DNA of 44,617 nt, taken from the NCBI GenBank assembly GCA_964478005.1, contig CAYZGJ010000001.1, forward strand, positions 1 to 44,617, written 5' to 3'. The notes beneath the pieces are model-generated. The model was not told the DNA's origin and made no database searches. It worked only from the letters and a program-made list of their open reading frames with translations. Position numbers and translations under genes: made by a program. The stretch is from an uncultured Candidatus Peribacteria bacterium. Lineage in GTDB: Bacteria; Patescibacteriota; Gracilibacteria; Peribacterales; Peribacteraceae. Shown here one piece after another: positions 1-7,252 of this stretch (its first letter is position 1; every line of letters begins with the position of its first letter).

Positions 1-440
1 TGCCGTGGGATTTGCCGAGTGAGCTTCGCTACTTTCGCGATACGACGCGGGGGAAGCCCGTCATCATGGGGCGTAGGACGTACGATTCCATCGGGCGGCC
101 GATGCCGGGGCGGCACAACATCGTGGTGACGCGCGATGCCTCCTGGAAGGCGCCCGGGTGCGATACGGTGACCTCGGTGGAGGAGGCGATTGCGCTGGCG
201 ACGGAGGATGCCGCGGAGGAGATTTTCGTGATCGGCGGGGAACAGATCTACCGTTTGGCATTGCCGCTGGCCGACCGCATCTACCTGACGCGGGTCCATA
301 CGGTCATCGAGGACGGCGAGGCGTTTTTCCCGGAATTTGATACGTCCGCATGGGAGGAGATTCGCAATGATCATCATCCGGCGGACAGCGAGAATCCGAT
401 CGCGTATACGATCCACGTCTATCAAAGGAAATCGCCGTAG
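1..440 (+). CDS. folA: dihydrofolate reductase, 5'-truncated by window edge
   Basis: Frame starting at nt 3 reads PWDLPSELRYFRDTTRGKPVIMGRRTYDSIG...VIGGEQIY, the DHFR core. No true start lies in the window. The TAG stop at 438-440 lies inside a REP-like palindrome. Confidence 0.9.
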   Translation, partial: PWDLPSELRYFRDTTRGKPVIMGRRTYDSIGRPMPGRHNIVVTRDASWKAPGCDTVTSVEEAIALATEDAAEEIFVIGGEQIYRLALPLADRIYLTRVHTVIEDGEAFFPEFDTSAWEEIRNDHHPADSENPIAYTIHVYQRKSP

Positions 441-462
441 AGACGTTCCGACGGAACGTCTC
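437..462. repeat. REP-like palindrome GTAGAGACGTTCCG-A-CGGAACGTCTC
   Basis: 11-bp perfect inverted arms around a single central base. Shares the GTAGAGACG arm with copies at 493, 15886, 22797, 26018 and 43067. Confidence 0.8.
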
Positions 463-492
463 GCCCGGGAATGATATGTATCAACGGATGGG

Positions 493-520
493 GTAGAGAC
501 GCCCCATGGGGCGTCTGTAC
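493..520. repeat. REP-like palindrome GTAGAGACGCCCCATGGGGCGTCTGTAC
   Basis: Near-perfect 28-bp palindrome. Differs by one base from the copy at 26018-26045. Confidence 0.8.
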
Positions 521-575
521 AAATACGATACATATTTTGTGGCGTGTTCCCCGGGATGTTGATAGGGTGCGGGGG

Positions 576-1211
576 ATGGTGCACGCGCCCACATGGCCGG
601 CCACTGCGGCGGAGACGATCAATGCGGTGGTGATGGATCATGATGATTCTGCGGACATATTGTCGGGTTTGCAGGAGGCGCAGGAAACATTGGAGGCAAA
701 GGAACGGGCGACCTTGGATCGGTATATTGCGGCGATGCGCCCTGTGTATGTCGGTATGATGACGGACGATCTCGAGGGGAATACCGCCGGATTGTATAAT
801 GGATCAGAGATTTTTGTGGATCGATCCGTTTTGTTGGTGGATGAATCAGTCGAACAGACGATTGCTCAATCCAATGAAGTCCTCGAACACGAGACCTGTC
901 ACCGAGAGAATGATCATACCGCTCCCCTTATCGTCATGGCAGAAACGAAGGGCGACATTGCCGCGGTCATCGGTGGTGTGGAATTCACGGAGACGGCGTT
1001 GATTGAAGGTGTGACCGTAAAGGAAACCGGAAATCAGTTCGTATCGGTGGAGTATCTGGCGTATGAGAGGATGGTTGAACGGGCGGCAGCGAATTCCCAT
1101 CGAACATACGAGGAAATCAGGGATGCAGTGAATGATACGAAGAATGTTGCTGCAATTGATGACAGGGCGCCGGAACGTGCGGCGGAGACGCAGGGGGCGA
1201 GAGCGGGCTGA
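576..1211 (+). CDS. hypothetical protein with HExxH motif (HETCH), possible metallopeptidase-like
   Basis: Long ORF in an AT-richer patch with motif LEHETCHREND. Start chosen at ATG 576 because TAGGGT lies 7 nt upstream. Alternative ATG at 633. Confidence 0.5.
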   Translation: MVHAPTWPATAAETINAVVMDHDDSADILSGLQEAQETLEAKERATLDRYIAAMRPVYVGMMTDDLEGNTAGLYNGSEIFVDRSVLLVDESVEQTIAQSNEVLEHETCHRENDHTAPLIVMAETKGDIAAVIGGVEFTETALIEGVTVKETGNQFVSVEYLAYERMVERAAANSHRTYEEIRDAVNDTKNVAAIDDRAPERAAETQGARAG

Positions 1212-1274
1212 GGACCTCACCCCACCCCTCCTTCCCGCCCGTTTGCCTGCAGGAGAGGGCGCAATTTCCCTTGC

Positions 1275-1949
1275 TCAGGAGACGGGGTCACCAGTCATTG
1301 TTTCCTCTCCCCGCAGCCACCACACGCCCAGGTAGACCAGCGGGGTCTGGAGGAACGAGACCGTGCACTTGAGGAGCCAGTAGGGAAGGATCAGGCTGAA
1401 GAGGAAGGCGGCATTGTCACCCGCGCTCCGGTCGAAGGCGTAGAAGGCGATGGTCATGAAGACGATGGTGTCCACCAGCTGCCCCAGGATGTTGGAAGCG
1501 TTGTTGCGCAGCCACAGGGCCCGGCCGTGCATGCGTTCGCGCAGCAGGGCGAAGACGTACACGTCCAGGAATTCGGCGGACGCGAAGGCCACCAGGCTGG
1601 CGAAGGCGATGCGCGCCGACGTGCTGAACACCGCGAAGTACGCTTCCTGCCTCTCCAGGAACCGGGCGGAGGGCGGGAGGTGGATGGCAAAGAGCGCGAA
1701 GAGGAGGATCAGCGCGATGACGAACAGCCCCGTGCGGACCACGTTGCGGGCCCGGGCCTTGCCGTAGACTTCATTGATGACGTCGATGATGGTGAACAGC
1801 GGCGGGATCAGAAAGATGCCCACGCTGGCATTGAGCTGGTACCCCCAGAGGTTGGCGAGGGGAAACGTTTTGCCCCCCATCAGCTCCGCCGCCGCCAGGC
1901 AGAAGATGTAGAGGCCCAGGAGGTAGTCGTACTTGTGCGCGGAGGGCAT
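1275..1949 (-). CDS. yhhQ: queuosine precursor transporter, VUT/YhhQ (DUF165) family
   Basis: 224-aa polytopic protein. Motifs PLFTIIDVINEVYG, FASAEFLDVYVF and NILGQLVDTIVF are typical of the YhhQ family. Confidence 0.8.
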   Translation of the reverse strand: MPSAHKYDYLLGLYIFCLAAAELMGGKTFPLANLWGYQLNASVGIFLIPPLFTIIDVINEVYGKARARNVVRTGLFVIALILLFALFAIHLPPSARFLERQEAYFAVFSTSARIAFASLVAFASAEFLDVYVFALLRERMHGRALWLRNNASNILGQLVDTIVFMTIAFYAFDRSAGDNAAFLFSLILPYWLLKCTVSFLQTPLVYLGVWWLRGEETMTGDPVS

Positions 1950-2003
1950 GGGGTGGGGGGAAAGACCAAAGCGCTCCGAGGAGGATTGGTCATGGATTCC
2001 CGG

Positions 2004-4433
2004 TCATTGGTCGTTCCGTCGCCCTCCCGGGTACAACCACGCCTTCTCCGCCAGAGCGGTCCTCGCCACCCGGCGGCTGATCCATCGCGAGACGAGGATG
2101 CCCGAGAACATGGAAATGACGACGCCCAGGCCCAGCGTGACCGCGAAGCCCCGCACGATGGAGGTGCCGATCGTGAAGAGGATGACGCAGGTGATCAGCG
2201 TGGAGACATTACTGTCGCGGATACTGGGCCAGGCCTTCTCGAAGCCGATCTCCACGGCGGTCTTCAGCAGCTTGCCGCGCCGCAGCTCCTCCTTCACGCG
2301 CTCAAAGACGAGGACGTTGGTATCCACGGCCATGCCGATGCTGAGGATGATGCCCGCCGCGCCCGCCAGCGTCAGGACGATGTACTGGTCGGTGACCAGG
2401 AAGAGCGGCAATTTGAGCAGGGCGAGGAAGATCGCCGCGTAGGCAAGCAGCGCGAGGTTGGCGATGAGGCCGAGCAGTCGGTACACCGCCAGCATGTAGC
2501 ACATGAGGATGAGCGCGCCGAGCAGTCCCGCCAGAACCGAGGTCTCCAGCGCCTGCGCGCCGAGCGTCGCCTCCACCGTGCGCTGGCCGCTCAAGTAGAT
2601 GGGGGCGGGGATGGCGCCGGTATTGAGGTCCTGCGCCAGTTGCTGCGCTTCCTGGATGGTGCCGGCGCCGGTGATGACGGCCGAGCCGCCGGTGATCTCG
2701 CCCTGGACGGTGGGGGCCGAAACCAGTTCGCCGCCCACGAAGATGGCGATGCGCCTGCCGACGTTGTTGCGCGTCAGCTCCTGGAAGAGCGCGCCGCCCT
2801 CCGGGCTGAAGAGGATCTGCACCACGGGGAGATTCGTGGTGGGGTCCAGCGTGACTGCGGCCGAGCGGAAGTGCGTGCCGGTCAGGGGCGTGTCCTTCCA
2901 GCCGGTGGGCTGCAGTGAGAAGAACAGCATCCGCAGGCCGATCGCCTCTTCCTGCTGCCGTACCCGTCCTTCCTCCAGGCGCGTCTTGAGTTCCTCCGCG
3001 CGGTCGGCCGCATCCGGACCCGTGAGGGTGAGGACGTCGTACGACGCGCGGTCACTGGCGCTCCGGGGAGCCTCGTTGACCCGGATGAGGTGGTAGCCGA
3101 ACGGCGTTTCGACCGGCTCGCTGATGATGCCCGGTTGCTGCGCGAAAGCGACGTCTTCGAACGCAGGGACCAGCTCGCCGCGGCCGATGCGTCCCAGGCT
3201 GCCCGCACTCTCCGCGGAGGGGCCGTCGGACTCCGTCCGTGCCAGATCCTCGAAGGATGCGCCATTCTCGAGTTGCTGCTTGAGTTCCTGTGCGCGCTGC
3301 AGGGCTTCCTCTTTCGTGCGGCGGACGGAGGCCTCTGCGGCATTGGCGCCGGAGTAGGCGACGAGGATGTGACTGACGTCCACTTCTTCCCGGCCGGCGG
3401 CGAAAGAGCGCAGGAAGAGGAGCCCGGCCGTGCCGTCCTCCATCTCCGCCACTCGCAGCGTGCCCGGTTGCATGCCGCGCAGCGCCCCGATGAGACGGCT
3501 GGAAGACAGCTCATCGAGCGCCTGATCCTCCTGGACGGATGCGGTGGCGCCCGTCTCGGTGCGCGCCAGGAGTTCGAAGGCGGCCGCGGCTTCCGCCACC
3601 GTGCGGCCGGTCATCGCGCGCGGCGAAACGACTTCCGCCAGGAAGATGCCGGGAATCTGCTGCTGGATGGGCTGCTGGTTCTCATCCGGGACCTGCACGG
3701 TCAGCGTGCCTTCGCGGCGCAGCACCCCCTGATCGGGCCGTGCATTCCACAGATCATCCAGTCCCTCCGGCAACGTATCCCGGAAGAAGAGGCGGTTGTC
3801 TTCGTAGGCGACGCCCAGCGTGCTGCCCACGTCCTGCCCCACCACCGCCAGGCTGACGCCGCTCTGGGTGATGCGGCGCTGCGCATCGTCCGCGCGGGCG
3901 CGCACGGAGGCTTCGTACTCTTCCGTGGCTTCGGTGAATTCTTCCTTGAATTCCAGCTGGATGGTCTTGCCGACGGTCTCGATGCACACCTGCACGTCCA
4001 CGACCCCGGGGCACTCCACCAGCAGGTGTTTCTCGCCGCCCACGTACGAAGGCGTGATGACGGCCTCGCTCACGCCCAGCGCATTCACCCGGCGCTCCAG
4101 CACCGTGCGGATGGCTTCCACCAGGTTCTGCCGCTGCTGCTCCACGACCTGCCGCTCCAGGCGCAGTTCGCTGATGCGTTCGCCGGATCCGTCCGCGGCT
4201 TCCAGCTGCGCAATCTCTTCATCGATGCGCCGCAGCTGCTCCCGGATCTCCTGCTCGGAGATGCGGAAATCCAGCTGCGTGCCGCCGGCCAGGTCCAGCC
4301 CCAGGTGCAGGCCGGGATTGAGCCAGGCGGGCGCCCATCCCTGCTTCCACTGGTCGGGCAGGGCGATGACGAGGATGACGGCCGCGACGAGCGCTGCGAG
4401 GAGCGGCTTGAGAGAGGCGGTACGGGAGGTCAT
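2004..4433 (-). CDS. secD: protein translocase subunit SecD with embedded parvulin-type PPIase domain
   Basis: N-terminal TM plus GLDLAGGTQL. C-terminal SecD core with five further TM helices (VYRLLGLIANLAL, SIGMAVDTNVLVFERVKEE, IRDSNVSTLIT). Aa about 354-453 (nt 3075-3374) read SHILVAY...GSLGRIGRGELVPAFEDVAF...PVETPFGYHLIRV, a PpiC/parvulin signature. Confidence 0.85.
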   Translation of the reverse strand: MTSRTASLKPLLAALVAAVILVIALPDQWKQGWAPAWLNPGLHLGLDLAGGTQLDFRISEQEIREQLRRIDEEIAQLEAADGSGERISELRLERQVVEQQRQNLVEAIRTVLERRVNALGVSEAVITPSYVGGEKHLLVECPGVVDVQVCIETVGKTIQLEFKEEFTEATEEYEASVRARADDAQRRITQSGVSLAVVGQDVGSTLGVAYEDNRLFFRDTLPEGLDDLWNARPDQGVLRREGTLTVQVPDENQQPIQQQIPGIFLAEVVSPRAMTGRTVAEAAAAFELLARTETGATASVQEDQALDELSSSRLIGALRGMQPGTLRVAEMEDGTAGLLFLRSFAAGREEVDVSHILVAYSGANAAEASVRRTKEEALQRAQELKQQLENGASFEDLARTESDGPSAESAGSLGRIGRGELVPAFEDVAFAQQPGIISEPVETPFGYHLIRVNEAPRSASDRASYDVLTLTGPDAADRAEELKTRLEEGRVRQQEEAIGLRMLFFSLQPTGWKDTPLTGTHFRSAAVTLDPTTNLPVVQILFSPEGGALFQELTRNNVGRRIAIFVGGELVSAPTVQGEITGGSAVITGAGTIQEAQQLAQDLNTGAIPAPIYLSGQRTVEATLGAQALETSVLAGLLGALILMCYMLAVYRLLGLIANLALLAYAAIFLALLKLPLFLVTDQYIVLTLAGAAGIILSIGMAVDTNVLVFERVKEELRRGKLLKTAVEIGFEKAWPSIRDSNVSTLITCVILFTIGTSIVRGFAVTLGLGVVISMFSGILVSRWISRRVARTALAEKAWLYPGGRRNDQ

Positions 4434-5110
4434 GGGAGAAGGGGAAGAGAGGAGCGCGGCGTGAAGGTGACGTGCGTGCCGACAATGACGTCATCGGCAA
4501 AGATCTCGGCGAAGGCGGGCGTCGGAATGCCGCGGATGATGATGTCTTCCCCGCTCCCGCCGCCGCTCTGCAGGATGCTGACCAGCACGCCCCGGACGAC
4601 GATGCCGATGGGCGTCTCGCCGGCGGATGCCAGGAGCGCGGCGTAGGCGGTGCGCCCTTCCTCCGTCAGCGTGATCCGGACGATGCCCTCCCCGCCCTCC
4701 GCCGCCGCCTCCACCCAGGCGAGGTGCTCCTCCGTGATGCCGGTGGCGCGGAAGCCGCCGAAGGATTCCACGGTGATATCCGCCGCCTCCCCCTCCTCCG
4801 CGGCGATCATGATCGCGAAGTCCAGCGGTCGCGCAAGCTGCTCGCTGAGCAGCTCGATGGTGGCGGGATCGTCCACGGTGACGTCCATCAGGAGCGACCC
4901 GTCCTCCTCCTGCCGGATGGCCTGCTCGATCAGCCGTACCTGCATGCTCTGGATGCGGCGTTCCACCACGCGCATGGCCGCCTGGGACAGCGCTTCGCGT
5001 CGGGCCGGGTCCTGCGTCTCCATCACGAGTGCGTACGATTCCGTCACCGCTCCGCCCGTACAGGCGGCGAGGAAGAGAAGGACGCTGAAGAGGGCTCCGA
5101 GGCGTTTCAT
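4430..5110 (-). CDS. lipoprotein resembling the SecD periplasmic P1 domain
   Basis: Start MKRLGALFSVLLFLAAC has a lipobox. RVVERRIQSM and IGIVVRGVLVSILQSGGGSGEDIIIRG parallel SecD VLERRVNALG and IAIFVGGELVSAPTVQGEITGGSAVITG. Stop overlaps the secD start as ATGA. Confidence 0.65.
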   Translation of the reverse strand: MKRLGALFSVLLFLAACTGGAVTESYALVMETQDPARREALSQAAMRVVERRIQSMQVRLIEQAIRQEEDGSLLMDVTVDDPATIELLSEQLARPLDFAIMIAAEEGEAADITVESFGGFRATGITEEHLAWVEAAAEGGEGIVRITLTEEGRTAYAALLASAGETPIGIVVRGVLVSILQSGGGSGEDIIIRGIPTPAFAEIFADDVIVGTHVTFTPRSSLPLLP

Positions 5111-5175
5111 GGGTGCAGGGAGTGTAGGGGAGGGTTGCGCGGGGTGCAATTGGATTGACTGATGTCCGATGGCGG

Positions 5176-6132
5176 TCAGCGGCGGATCAGCCGGGCGCCC
5201 GCGCGGATCATCTTGCCCGAGAGATCCACTCCCCGCAGCACGCACCCCTCATCGATCACGCAGTCCTCGATCACGCAGTCCTCGATCACGCAGTCGGCGA
5301 AGGTGACGGTATCCGTCAGACGGCTCTGCCGGACGGCCGTCCGGTCGCCCAGGACCACGCTGCCCGACGTCTCGCTCTCTTCCAGGACGGCGCCTTCCCC
5401 GCGGAGGACGCGGTCGCCCACCAGGCCGCGCGTGGCGTCCAGGTACGCAGAGAAGGACCCGATGTCGTACCACGGCGCGTCCGTCACGAAGCAATCGATG
5501 CCGATATTGCGCCGCAGACACTCTTCGAAGATGCCGCCGATGTTGTCGGGCCTGCGCTGTGCGTAGACGAGCAGCAGCGGCAGCACCTCGCGCGGGAGGA
5601 TCGAGCAGCCCGTGCTCACGATGCTGCTCCCGGGTTCCTGCGGCTTTTCTTCGAATCCGATGACGCCGCGGGTTTCCGCGTCCAGCAGGACCGTGCCGAA
5701 TGCCCGTGCCCGTGCGCGATCGTGGAGATCCACGGCGGCCAGCAGCGGGCGCTTGGGTTGGAATGCCCGCACAAATGCGCGCAGGTCGAATCCGAGGTAG
5801 TTGTCCCCGGCCAGCAGCAGCACGTCGTCGCGGATCTCCTCCCGCATGATCCACTGCGCCAGCGCCCCGAGCGCGCCCAGCTTGTCATCGTCACTCCTGG
5901 TTTCCTCGATGCGCACCGTCAGGGCGGGGTGGTCCATGGCTTCGGCCCACTGCATCATGTCCTCCCGGAACGCCGCGTTGGTGCTGACCGTCACAGGCAG
6001 GTCACGGGGCAGCCCGCGGACGATGTGCGTGAGGAGGGGGACGCCCGCCAGCGGCAGCAGCGGCTTGGCCCTCTTTTCCGTGAGGGGCCAGAGCCTGGTC
6101 GCATAGCCGCCGGCGAGGATGAAGACGCGCAT
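5176..6132 (-). CDS. sugar-1-phosphate nucleotidylyltransferase family protein with C-terminal left-handed beta-helix
   Basis: MRVFILAGGYATRLWPLTEKRAKPLLPLAG is the NTP-transferase G-loop. C-terminus has repetitive DCVIE units. Start at ATG 6132. Confidence 0.8.
   Translation of the reverse strand: MRVFILAGGYATRLWPLTEKRAKPLLPLAGVPLLTHIVRGLPRDLPVTVSTNAAFREDMMQWAEAMDHPALTVRIEETRSDDDKLGALGALAQWIMREEIRDDVLLLAGDNYLGFDLRAFVRAFQPKRPLLAAVDLHDRARARAFGTVLLDAETRGVIGFEEKPQEPGSSIVSTGCSILPREVLPLLLVYAQRRPDNIGGIFEECLRRNIGIDCFVTDAPWYDIGSFSAYLDATRGLVGDRVLRGEGAVLEESETSGSVVLGDRTAVRQSRLTDTVTFADCVIEDCVIEDCVIDEGCVLRGVDLSGKMIRAGARLIRR
5252..5296. repeat. 15-bp in-frame tandem repeat x3 (TCGATCACGCAGTCC)
   Basis: Two perfect copies plus one with a single mismatch. 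Encodes DCVIEDCVIEDCVID in the beta-helix tail of the nucleotidyltransferase. Confidence 0.9.
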
Positions 6133-6152
6133 GGGGAAGGGTTTCGAATGTA

Positions 6153-6180
6153 AAATGTTAAATGCAAAATGCAAAATGAT
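6153..6180. repeat. heptamer microsatellite (AAATGYW)x4
   Basis: aaatgtt aaatgca aaatgca aaatgat, 21 nt upstream of the nucleotidyltransferase start (minus strand). Same unit as 44024-44058. GCAAAATGATC here is inverted against GATCATTTTGC at 6247-6257. Confidence 0.85.
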
Positions 6181-6261
6181 CACCGGAGAGAGCTTCATCG
6201 TACATCGTCATTTCACATTTTGCATGGAGTCCGCCGCAGCGGACGATCATTTTGCATTGCT

Positions 6262-7062
6262 TCAAAAGAACCACTTCCACTTCCCCTCCTTGGGCCGCAC
6301 GACCGTCACCGGCTGTCCCTCCAGCGTCTCCACGCGTTCGTCACGTTCCACCATGCCCAGGACGGAGGGGAGCAGGAGGTAAGTGATGCCCCGGTTGCGG
6401 CAGGCGGAGAGCAGGTTGAGCGACTGCTCCAGATCGCTGCACTGGAGGAGGTGCGTGATGCGCTGCCCCGTCAGCACGTCTTCCAGCTTATTGAGTTTGC
6501 CCCGCACGGGGACGCCTGCGATCTCCGGCTCGGGAGTGCCGCGTCCGTCGAGCACGGCGACGGGCGTCAGGGGGTTGCGGCTGCGCTGCAGCGACTCGAT
6601 GAGGGCACGGGACTCGCGCGTGGCGCCGATGATCAGCGTGGGGAAGGCCGGAGGCGCGCGGCGCAGGAGCCGGCGCTGCAGACGGCCGAAGACGATGTGC
6701 CAGCCCCACGGAAGGACGACGGTGAGGGCCAGCGCCGTCAGCAGCAGCAGCCGACTGAAGAAGAGCCCGTAGACGAAGTAGTACCCCAGGGCGAAGAGCG
6801 CCGTCGCGACGACCGCCGCGTAGGCGATGTACATGCCCGTCCGCAGGCTTTCCTGATTCCTCAGCAGCGCGAACGTCCGCGTGGCGATCAGCGTGGCGAG
6901 CCACAGCGGCGCGGTGAGCAGCGCGATCAGCAGGAACCGGTCGAAGGGGAATGCGGTGGAGAGGACCCAGCCCACCCGCAGGAAGTACGCCAGTGCGTAG
7001 CATCCCACGAAGAGGGCCAGATCGGTCAGGAGCCAGAGGATCAGGAGGAGGGGGCGGCGCAT
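6262..7062 (-). CDS. N-terminal (TM plus Rossmann-like) portion of a polyprenyl glycosylphosphotransferase; catalytic domain absent
   Basis: Four to five TM helices, then TLIIGATRESRALIESL...VAVLDG...KLEDVL...ITHLLL as in WbaP/EPS-type sugar transferases. The ORF stops (KEGKWKWFF*) where the Bac_transf domain normally begins. Confidence 0.6.
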   Translation of the reverse strand: MRRPLLLILWLLTDLALFVGCYALAYFLRVGWVLSTAFPFDRFLLIALLTAPLWLATLIATRTFALLRNQESLRTGMYIAYAAVVATALFALGYYFVYGLFFSRLLLLTALALTVVLPWGWHIVFGRLQRRLLRRAPPAFPTLIIGATRESRALIESLQRSRNPLTPVAVLDGRGTPEPEIAGVPVRGKLNKLEDVLTGQRITHLLQCSDLEQSLNLLSACRNRGITYLLLPSVLGMVERDERVETLEGQPVTVVRPKEGKWKWFF

Positions 7063-7081
7063 GGCAACAGCATAATGCAAC

Positions 7082-7109
7082 AATGGATAATGGATAATGG
7101 ATAATGAAG
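7082..7109. repeat. heptamer microsatellite (AATGGAT)x3 plus a degenerate fourth copy (aatgaag)
   Basis: aatggat aatggat aatggat aatgaag, starting 20 nt upstream of ATG 7062 (minus strand). Same unit as 43937-43964. Confidence 0.9.
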
Positions 7110-7252
7110 GGAAGCGAAGGAAGGCGAAGAAGCTAAGGAAGCTACAGAGTGCTCTGCAGCGGGATCCATCGCAGCACAACACAAGATCAATGGAGATAGT
7201 GGATCTCCTGAGTTCTCAGCATCCATACAATCCTCAATACTCCTTAGCTTCT

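Noticed and set aside
1527-4646. Very long ORFs antisense to yhhQ and secD (1527-2918 and 3090-4646). Similar shadow ORFs occur elsewhere: 8187-9602, 23010-25130, 24160-25878, 28866-31352, 38158-39864 and 40533-42326.
   Set aside because: Their products are low-complexity Arg/Gly/Ala/Asp-rich strings typical of stop-codon-poor antisense frames in high-GC DNA. Each overlaps a gene with clear family motifs on the other strand.
7110-7252. Possible small gene or ncRNA in the 190-bp spacer carrying GAAGCTAAGGAAGCT-type inverted repeats.
   Set aside because: The spacer has no ORF with a coding signature and no recognisable RNA family structure. It is treated as part of the repeat-rich 5' region.
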